NCBI GenBank assembly: GCA_029555965.1
Contig: JAKQHY010000109.1
Coordinates: 862-64,861 of the forward strand
Direction: 5' to 3'
Length of the DNA: 64,000 nt
From: Chloroflexota bacterium
GTDB lineage: Bacteria > Chloroflexota > Anaerolineae > B4-G1 > SLSP01
In this document: one piece after another, positions 57,596 through 64,000 of the stretch
How the letters are laid out: every line of letters starts with the position of its first letter
How positions within the stretch are numbered: the stretch's first letter is position 1
Notes under the pieces: model-generated
Seen by the model: the letters and a program-made list of their open reading frames with translations, nothing else
Database searches by the model: none
Told to the model about the DNA's origin: nothing
Position numbers and translations under genes: made by a program

Positions 57596-58531
57596 CTACC
57601 CGCCGGCCAAAGCCCGCATGCGGTCAGCGATGGCGGCCAAAGTCTCCCAATTTTCCAGGTACGCATGATACGCCAGGCGCTCAAGCCCGATGTGCAGATA
57701 GCTGGCCAAAAGCCGGGCGTCCTTGTTTTCCGGGGCGTAGCCCTTTTCCAGCCAGCGCTGCTCGAGCGCCGATCTCAAGGATGCGACATTCAACTGGGGA
57801 TGCCAGGGCGCCCAGAACTCGAACCACGCCAGATCGTACAGGTGGTCGCCGTATACCGAGCAGCCCCAATCGAGCACGCCGGTGATTCGCGCTCCGTCCA
57901 CCAGCACATTGCGATTCATCAGGTCGCAGTGCAGCAAACAGCGCGGAACCGCATCGTCCACGATCTTTTTCAGCAAATCGAATCCCCACGCAAACGTCGC
58001 CGCGCCGTGGGACGACCGCGCCAGCCGTTCACGCCACCCGTGACTGCGTTGATCCGGCGTGTCCTGGTCTACCGACAAGAGCCGGCTGGCCCAACCAGAA
58101 TGGCCCGCATTCCCATCCGCGCCCCATCCCCCAAACCCCACCGTGGCGGTCAAGTCAGCCGTGCGCAGCGCTTCCAGCGCCGCCACGACGGCGGGGAGCA
58201 GCGCCATCCACTGCTCCGCGCTCACCTCCTCCAGCGGCAGACCGTAGACGCGCTGCGAAATGGCGTAATAGCCATCCAATGCCGGCCCGATCTCGAGAAC
58301 CTGGGGAATGGGCAAATCTGGCGTGGCGTAGGCATGAGCCAGCTGATCCTTTTGAAAATCATCAACGTATGGGCCAAAACGAATCACAAGCGCCTGACCG
58401 TCACACGAAAAGCCAAAACATCGCGACCAGGCGCCTTCTCCTATCTGGACGACCTGCGCAGGTTCGATACCCAGATGGCCGGTCAGAAAAGACCGGGCCT
58501 GTTGCACGTCTATGGTGTGATCGTTAGCCAT
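57596..58531 (-). CDS. Aminoglycoside phosphotransferase family protein, hygromycin-B kinase-like
   Basis: IGEGAWSRCFGF, FQKD, LPIPQVLEIG, YAISQRVYG; Brenner motif HCDLMNRN; GVLDWG..YGD.LYDLA. Confidence 0.88.
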   Translation of the reverse strand: MANDHTIDVQQARSFLTGHLGIEPAQVVQIGEGAWSRCFGFSCDGQALVIRFGPYVDDFQKDQLAHAYATPDLPIPQVLEIGPALDGYYAISQRVYGLPLEEVSAEQWMALLPAVVAALEALRTADLTATVGFGGWGADGNAGHSGWASRLLSVDQDTPDQRSHGWRERLARSSHGAATFAWGFDLLKKIVDDAVPRCLLHCDLMNRNVLVDGARITGVLDWGCSVYGDHLYDLAWFEFWAPWHPQLNVASLRSALEQRWLEKGYAPENKDARLLASYLHIGLERLAYHAYLENWETLAAIADRMRALAGG

Positions 58532-58543
58532 TTTTGATTGACC

Positions 58544-59152
58544 TCAAGGTGTACAAAACGTGTGTCCATGTTGTGCATCCCCTACGCGCGCGCTCAGGCT
58601 CTTATACCGATCGGTGAGCCACTGTGCAAAGCCGGCATCCTCCGGCAAAATATCCGCCGGTGAGCTTGTCCCAAAGACGTGCGACAGACTGTCCAGCGTC
58701 GCATTGACCGCATTGCGCCACAAAGGCCATTCGACCTCAAAGTCTCGATAATAGGTGCCGACGAATCCGGCGACCCACTCGTAATAATCCGTGGATTCAT
58801 TGCCACGGGTGCTGTAATGCGACAGGGCAATGCGCCCATCGGCTGTCCGTTCTATCGAAGGCTTGCGAAATTCGCTGAACGGAAAGCTGCCAAGTTGTTT
58901 TTGTTCGCCGGCGGCGTACTCGTCAAGCGTGTTTGCCAACTCGTAGCACAGCAGTTTGAGCGGCCACGTAATCAGTTCATTCCCCAGCCACAGAACCTCG
59001 TCAATGCGATACATGATCCCGGCTTCGCAGGCCAGGATTTCATCCTGACTGAATTTGATCGGCCACGAAATAGGCGACGGATAAGGCGGAATAAAGAGCC
59101 ATAGATCGGTCAGCTCGGGCCGCAGATAAAGGTCAATGTGAAATGTGTGCAT
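58544..59152 (-). CDS. Hypothetical protein
   Basis: ATG follows GAAGGA; 202 aa, aromatic and acidic; no recognisable motif. Confidence 0.65.
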   Translation of the reverse strand: MHTFHIDLYLRPELTDLWLFIPPYPSPISWPIKFSQDEILACEAGIMYRIDEVLWLGNELITWPLKLLCYELANTLDEYAAGEQKQLGSFPFSEFRKPSIERTADGRIALSHYSTRGNESTDYYEWVAGFVGTYYRDFEVEWPLWRNAVNATLDSLSHVFGTSSPADILPEDAGFAQWLTDRYKSLSARVGDAQHGHTFCTP

Positions 59153-59187
59153 ATAGATTTCCTTCTCACACTGTCACAAGTCTTGCA

Positions 59188-59814
59188 TCACCCGTTCTCC
59201 GGCAATGGCCGATAAAGCGTCCGCCCCTCCAGGCTCGACCACAGCAGCGCTTCGCTGTTGAAGCGCCGGTAGCCGTCTTCGTCGGCGACGATCTCGTACA
59301 GCCCGCGCTCCATGTCGTCGGCGAGACGGGCGAACCATTCTTTCAGGCTGTGCGCCACGAGATAGCGTGCCGTGTCGTCGTGCAAAAAGAGGATGACTTG
59401 CCCCACCGTTCCCGCATGGTTGGGGTCGAGGTCCACGCAAAAGAAATGCCCGTTGCCGCTGGCGACGACGGGAAGCCAACGCGGATTCCACCACAAGCCC
59501 TTGATGGCCGGCGTCTCGTCGTTCGTGTTGTCGTCAAAAGCTCCCTCCGCCGCCAGGTCGCGCATCGTCTGCGCCTCCTGGACGATGAACTTGAGTTCCA
59601 GCAAGCGCCAGCCGCCGATCAAGCCCTCCGAATTCCACTTTTCTCCGTTGGCGAGCCGCAGGTATTCGCGCAGGTCGGCGGGGAAAGCCAGGCCCAGCGC
59701 ATTTTCGGCGGCAGCGATGTCGGCCTCGCTCGCGCCGGGGTTGAAGGCGATGTCTAATGAACAGACGGCAGCCCAGCGCCTGAAACGGGCAATTAGGTCC
59801 TCCATCGTTGGCAT
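59188..59814 (-). CDS. SMI1/KNR4 (SUKH) family protein
   Basis: FNPGASEADIAAAENALGLAFPADLREYLRLANG, WWNPRWLPV...GNGHFFCVDLDP...GTVGQVI...HD...VAHSLKEWF. Confidence 0.92.
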   Translation of the reverse strand: MPTMEDLIARFRRWAAVCSLDIAFNPGASEADIAAAENALGLAFPADLREYLRLANGEKWNSEGLIGGWRLLELKFIVQEAQTMRDLAAEGAFDDNTNDETPAIKGLWWNPRWLPVVASGNGHFFCVDLDPNHAGTVGQVILFLHDDTARYLVAHSLKEWFARLADDMERGLYEIVADEDGYRRFNSEALLWSSLEGRTLYRPLPENG

Positions 59815-59815
59815 A

Positions 59816-60823
59816 TCAATACCAGCCATCAATAATCCACCCCCGCAGCTCATCATCGTCCACGATCTCGACCGCTGCGCCCTGTTCCGCCAGCGCCGCG
59901 ATCGCGGCGACCTGGGGAGAAGGTGTGTCGGCTTCGTAAGCAGCGTACTCTTCTTCGCCCAGCACGGCATAGGTCAGCGCCGGAGAGACGGTTTCGACCA
60001 CCGCGCCGCCCAGCCGGGTGATGATGTGCCGCGCTTTTTTCAGGTTCAGATAGCGGAATTCACCGAGAAAGAGGAACTGCTGCCCGGCCAAAGGCCCTTG
60101 CCCGTCGCGCAGGCGCAGCGCGTAGGCCGAACTGCCATTGCCGATCCCGTCGAAATCCAGCCGGTGGGTACCGTAACGCTGGCTGGAAGCGGCCAAAGTG
60201 TCCAGTCGGGGCAGGTCGCCCTGGAGCTTGAGCAACCAGCCGCCACAGACGTGGACCACCACATCAGTCAGGTCGGGGCAGCCGTCAAAGGCGATGATCT
60301 CGGGATAGATTTCCATGTTGTCCTCGTCCCCGTAGTAAACGAATTTCTGCAATGCCGCGCCGGGGCCGAACGCGAGCCGGCTGAGATGACTCTCGTCTGG
60401 GTTGCCCCAGTTGACCTCGCTCAGGTGGAGGGTTGTCACCCGCGATGCCGGGCTGTCCGGCCACCCCAGGTGCAAGGGATCCGGTGTGTAGAGCCAGCAA
60501 TTCTCCAGTGTCACCTTTTGCAGCGTTGGGTGGAGCAACACGCTGGCATCGAGGCGGCAGCGGCCCACGCTCAGGGTCTCCAGATGTGGGCAGACGGCGG
60601 CAAAATCCAAGTCGCGCAGGTCGTGTTTGAAGGGGTGTTGGGGAAAGGCCAGCGACATCTCCAGTGTGTCCAGAGCTGCGCCGTGTTCGCGCAAGGTGGC
60701 GGTGAGGACTTCCAGCCCGGAATGATCGTATTCTTGAGCGATGAGGTGGATCGAGCCTGGAGGCTGATCCGTCAGTCGTTCCAGTTTGTTGGGTTCACTG
60801 CTGCGCACGACAAGTTTTTCCAT
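59816..60823 (-). CDS. LRR-like repeat protein with C-terminal BRCT domain
   Basis: CPHLETLSV, PTLQKVTL, CPDLTDV, LPRLDTL leucine repeats; PLAGQQFLFLG...LGGAVVETVSPALTYAVLG...VEIVDDDEL (BRCT). ATG at 60823 follows GGAGG. Confidence 0.75.
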   Translation of the reverse strand: MEKLVVRSSEPNKLERLTDQPPGSIHLIAQEYDHSGLEVLTATLREHGAALDTLEMSLAFPQHPFKHDLRDLDFAAVCPHLETLSVGRCRLDASVLLHPTLQKVTLENCWLYTPDPLHLGWPDSPASRVTTLHLSEVNWGNPDESHLSRLAFGPGAALQKFVYYGDEDNMEIYPEIIAFDGCPDLTDVVVHVCGGWLLKLQGDLPRLDTLAASSQRYGTHRLDFDGIGNGSSAYALRLRDGQGPLAGQQFLFLGEFRYLNLKKARHIITRLGGAVVETVSPALTYAVLGEEEYAAYEADTPSPQVAAIAALAEQGAAVEIVDDDELRGWIIDGWY

Positions 60824-60900
60824 GGGTTGACCTCCTGAAAATAAAAATTGGGGACTGGGGCGCGGCTCACCCGGTTTGAACCATCCCCAGCATTTTCTCA

Positions 60901-61320
60901 TTAGCCCAGCGCAAGGACCAAAGCCGTCAGGAACAACAGACCCATCAGCAGAAATCCAATCCCGCTCCTGTACAACTGGCCGGCCGAAATCACCTTGAAT
61001 GGATCGTCTGGTGAGACCAGCAGAACGACCTCTCTTCCCAGCCAGGCTTCGGCCATCTTTTTCGTGGGCGCTCGGATGCCGGTGCGGACGCTATGCGCCA
61101 TGCCACCGGCGTCGCGACAGGAAGCGACCAGCTCCCAGCTCGTTCCCAGCCGCGACGCCCAGTGCAGATAGGGTGCGTGTCCGACCACGGTCCGGCCCAG
61201 GCGCAGCGCTTTTCTCTTGAAGCGCAGGTCCCGCAACAGCAGCCAGCCACCGAGGAGAGAGGGCGCTGCCACGAACGGCAGCATGATCAAAATGAGAGCC
61301 TGTCTAGCGTGCATCACCAA
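60901..61320 (-). CDS. Two-TM membrane protein (DUF3592-like architecture)
   Basis: N- and C-terminal TM helices flanking G.VVG...G.EV.LLV.PDDP. Confidence 0.6.
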   Translation of the reverse strand: MVMHARQALILIMLPFVAAPSLLGGWLLLRDLRFKRKALRLGRTVVGHAPYLHWASRLGTSWELVASCRDAGGMAHSVRTGIRAPTKKMAEAWLGREVVLLVSPDDPFKVISAGQLYRSGIGFLLMGLLFLTALVLALG

Positions 61321-61476
61321 CTCCTGCCTATTCTATCCCGATTCAGGCCAACCTCTGCCGTGAATTATCCGGCATGGTCATCGGATTGTTCCTCTCGTTT
61401 TACCCCGATCGCGAAACCCGCCCGGCAGAAACTGCTGCCGGCAAGATTTGACTCTTTTGAGGTCAGGGCGACAAGA

Positions 61477-61716
61477 CTAAGATGCCGTATCCACCAGCCT
61501 GGCCCCGCAATGGGGACAATAATGAATGACAATTCCGCCGCCGCCCGCCGCTTTTGCGAGGGCGATCACCCACTGCCGGGAGCGGGGCCACCACTCGTAG
61601 CGGAGGTCGTAGACGCAGGTTGTGGTGTGCGCGGCGAACAGGTCGCAGCAGGGCCGAAAATCTTGTGGCACGTAAGCCGTGCCTTCCAGACAAGGGGTTC
61701 CATTGGGATGACGCAT
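61477..61716 (-). CDS. Small Cys-rich protein (CC...IHYCPHCG.RL)
   Basis: 79 aa with PCC and YCPHCG putative zinc ligands. Confidence 0.65.
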   Translation of the reverse strand: MRHPNGTPCLEGTAYVPQDFRPCCDLFAAHTTTCVYDLRYEWWPRSRQWVIALAKAAGGGGIVIHYCPHCGARLVDTAS

Positions 61717-61745
61717 TATCAGGCCTCATTTGTTCAAGCGTGATT

Positions 61746-62303
61746 TTAAGGAAACTGGATTTCCATCGGTTCGGCCCGGCTGAGCTGCTGCCATGCCATC
61801 AGTTGGGTGATATTGCGCACGTGCTGCTCCTTTTTTCTGGGTAGAATGGGCGTGCGCCCCCAGCCCACCTCGCACTGCACCGTGACCGCGCCTTGCCGGG
61901 TCACGACCGGGTTGCGCTCGCGGGGCAGGCTGTAGTGATCGCCCAGGCGCGGCGGGGTGAGGCTGACCTCAAGTTCCACCTGCTCGCCCGGCGGCAAGGG
62001 GCGGGTGAGGGGGATTTCGATGAAAAGGTACTCCATGTTGGGATCGGGCGGGTTGACGCCATAGAGAATCAGCAGGTCGCCGTCTTGATCCAACACGTAG
62101 GGCATGCGCTCGCTGTCAAAGATGTGCAGGGTATCCACCGAGACGTTCTCGACGGTGACGCGCGCCACGATTGCGCCGTCGTCGCCGGTCGCGGGCGTGC
62201 AACTCACCCGCAACGGCTCGATGGGTGCAGTCTCCGTAGGAGTACCGCATCCCACCAAAACCAGCAATCCCAAGAGTAACCACAGGATTTTTGTCAATTC
62301 CAA
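61746..62303 (-). CDS. Putative lipoprotein
   Basis: Signal ILWLLLGLLVLVG-C lipobox followed by a beta-rich domain. Confidence 0.75.
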   Translation of the reverse strand: MELTKILWLLLGLLVLVGCGTPTETAPIEPLRVSCTPATGDDGAIVARVTVENVSVDTLHIFDSERMPYVLDQDGDLLILYGVNPPDPNMEYLFIEIPLTRPLPPGEQVELEVSLTPPRLGDHYSLPRERNPVVTRQGAVTVQCEVGWGRTPILPRKKEQHVRNITQLMAWQQLSRAEPMEIQFP

Positions 62304-62569
62304 AACCCAAAATATCCCATCAAGAAAACCACCAGCCCGACGATCAACCCGCTATATCGGGCGATCCGCGACGCCTGGCGCAACGGCGCGTGCCACTCAC
62401 ACTCAAGTTTAATATAGCCCACGTAATGTACCAGCACGGTGAAGATCAAGCTGAGCGGCAGCACGATGGCCGGCCCACTCCAATCCTCCGGGTGGCGTAA
62501 CAGATAAGCCAGACTGATGCCGGCCATGCCTGGCCCCAGGGAGTAGGGGATCGCCAACAAGTCTTCCAT
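62294..62569 (-). CDS. Small membrane protein (about 3 TM)
   Basis: Hydrophobic 91-aa ORF overlapping the next gene by 10 nt. Confidence 0.6.
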   Translation of the reverse strand: MEDLLAIPYSLGPGMAGISLAYLLRHPEDWSGPAIVLPLSLIFTVLVHYVGYIKLECEWHAPLRQASRIARYSGLIVGLVVFLMGYFGFWN

Positions 62570-62584
62570 GTCAAATTTGCGACC

Positions 62585-64000
62585 TCAACCGCAGTTCCAA
62601 TTGTACAAAACCCGTGAGAAATCGCGTTTCAGCCAATCCACCGGCGAAATGAAAAAGTTGGCGAGGCCGCCGTCGCCCCAGGTGAGGTGCTCGCCGCAGG
62701 AGATTTGCAGCAGCAGAACTTGTTGGGGGTTATCGGCATCAATGGGGCAGTCTTGCGTGCTGCCGGGGTAACCGCCCAGCTTGCATCGCCGCATTTTGAA
62801 GAACGCCATCTGCTCCTCAAACGTCATCCCGGCGTCCAGCGTGTAAAAGGGCTGTCCGATGTGCTGCTCAAAGCGGTAATCTTCATTGGATACCGGAGCG
62901 TAGTCCATCCGAAAACGCAGTCCCAGCGGTCGCTCGACCGGCGGGTATGCGAAAAGGGGTAAAAAGTCAAAATCGCTGGTCAGCGCGGCGTCATCGTGGG
63001 TCACATCCTCGAAATACAGCACTCTGAACCGCTCCTGCCGCGTGTTGTCGGCGGTCAGGCTGTACACATAATTGGCATAGATGTAAAACGCCAGGATTCC
63101 CCCGGTCGGAAAGCCCGCCAGGGGGGGCGTTTCGGCAAAGTTGATCTGCGCCAGGAAGAACAGCGGATTCCCCTCGCCGTCCAGCGGATACGGGCAGTTG
63201 CGCGGCAGGTACGGCAGCCCGCCGAATTTGCTCTCCCACAACTCTGTCGCGTCGTCAGGGTAGGGGAGGATGTCAATGAAAGGCCGCACGGAATCCAGCA
63301 GCGCCTCTTTGTAAGCCAGCAAGCCCTCTGGGATGACCAGGCGTTGTTTGTACTCGTCCAGCGAAATCGCCGGGAGAATCTTGTCGGTCGGGGCGGGGCC
63401 GGGCAGCGGCGCTCCGCCCAGTAGTTTGATGATGTGCGTTTTGCGCCGTTCTCTGGCAATGTCCAAAGCCGTTTGCGCGTCGTGAGCCGCCACCGTTACA
63501 TCGGCGCCACCTGCCAGCAGCAGTTGGGCGATGTTCTTGTAGCCACCCGCCGCCGCCAGGTGGAGCGGGGTGTCGCCATCACTGTTCTGAGCGTTCAAGT
63601 CGGCGCCGCTTTCGACCAGTAACTCGCAGACCGCGTACTTTCTCGCCTCAACCGCGATGTGCAAGGGGATGCCATCGTACAGACCGGATGACCGCGCATT
63701 GACGTCCGCTCCGTTTTGCACCAGCAGCGCGACGGTCTCCACAGCCGCGTCGCGGCAGGCGTAGTGCAGCGGCGTCGCACCTTTGCGCGCAGCAGCGTTC
63801 ACATCCGCGCCGTGAGCCACCAGCCGCGCAACGATCTCCCCGCTCACGCGCAACGCCTTGTCGGATGCGCGGCTATCGCCTGAAGGATCGAACAGATAGG
63901 GATACGCCGCGCTCGTGAGCGCCTTGTGGAGCGGCGTCTCGCCGGAGTTGCATTGGATGTTGACCTGAGCGCCGTTTTCCAGCAGCAGTTCGACGATTTG
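62585..64000 (-). CDS. Ankyrin-repeat protein fused to a YwqG/DUF1963-like domain; 5' end lies outside the window
   Basis: Frame stays open to the window edge (QIVELLLENGAQVN..GETPLH); several G.TPLH.A...LL..GADVN repeats; SKFGGLPYLP, LFFLAQIN, GILAFY, KLGGYP, LLLQI, WGDGGLANFFI, DFSRVLYNWNC. Confidence 0.9.
   Translation of the reverse strand, partial: QIVELLLENGAQVNIQCNSGETPLHKALTSAAYPYLFDPSGDSRASDKALRVSGEIVARLVAHGADVNAAARKGATPLHYACRDAAVETVALLVQNGADVNARSSGLYDGIPLHIAVEARKYAVCELLVESGADLNAQNSDGDTPLHLAAAGGYKNIAQLLLAGGADVTVAAHDAQTALDIARERRKTHIIKLLGGAPLPGPAPTDKILPAISLDEYKQRLVIPEGLLAYKEALLDSVRPFIDILPYPDDATELWESKFGGLPYLPRNCPYPLDGEGNPLFFLAQINFAETPPLAGFPTGGILAFYIYANYVYSLTADNTRQERFRVLYFEDVTHDDAALTSDFDFLPLFAYPPVERPLGLRFRMDYAPVSNEDYRFEQHIGQPFYTLDAGMTFEEQMAFFKMRRCKLGGYPGSTQDCPIDADNPQQVLLLQISCGEHLTWGDGGLANFFISPVDWLKRDFSRVLYNWNCG

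Noticed and set aside
55680-64000. Integron cassette array
   Set aside because: Most genes abut or overlap, with no recurring RYYYAAC...GTTRRRY attC structures. The single GGCTAAC at the last stop has no matching GTT end, and no integrase is visible.

Overview
GC-rich bacterial chromosomal window, most consistent with Chloroflexota (Anaerolineae-like). This is inferred from C-terminal YLPLV tails on secreted proteins, 'HFKNPHLPLTRSE'-type GAF domains and the style of the short intergenic repeats. All calls come from reading motifs; no database search was run. Layout: (1) 1-3.3 kb, a YfhO/GT-C-type membrane protein fused to a Wzx-like flippase, running off the left edge. (2) 3.4-14.4 kb, a dense signalling neighbourhood: Roadblock, V4R, REC plus dead GGDEF; two GAF-GAF kinases with an atypical HWxGNK H-box and a lone receiver; and a wHTH, KaiC-like ATPase, two small membrane proteins and adenosine deaminase directly behind secA. 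(3) secA, a candidate anti-SD small RNA, a Ser/Thr kinase-FGE protein and infC(ATC start)-rpmI-rplT. (4) Sugar-catabolic genes. (5) Three large YLPLV-tailed secreted proteins and a thioredoxin-VKOR fusion. (6) A four-component corrinoid methyltransferase system. (7) A short Rho paralogue with a degenerate RNA-binding domain, prolyl oligopeptidase and flavodoxin. (8) From 55.7 kb, a co-oriented array of small immunity/resistance-like genes. Several MITEs with different ends share one three-hairpin core, and 7-nt and 9-nt periodic repeats occur both between and inside genes. No rRNA, tRNA, CRISPR array or transposase was seen. The best candidate for an undescribed system is the KaiC-like/membrane-pair/adenosine-deaminase module with its adjacent GAF kinases and V4R/Roadblock genes.
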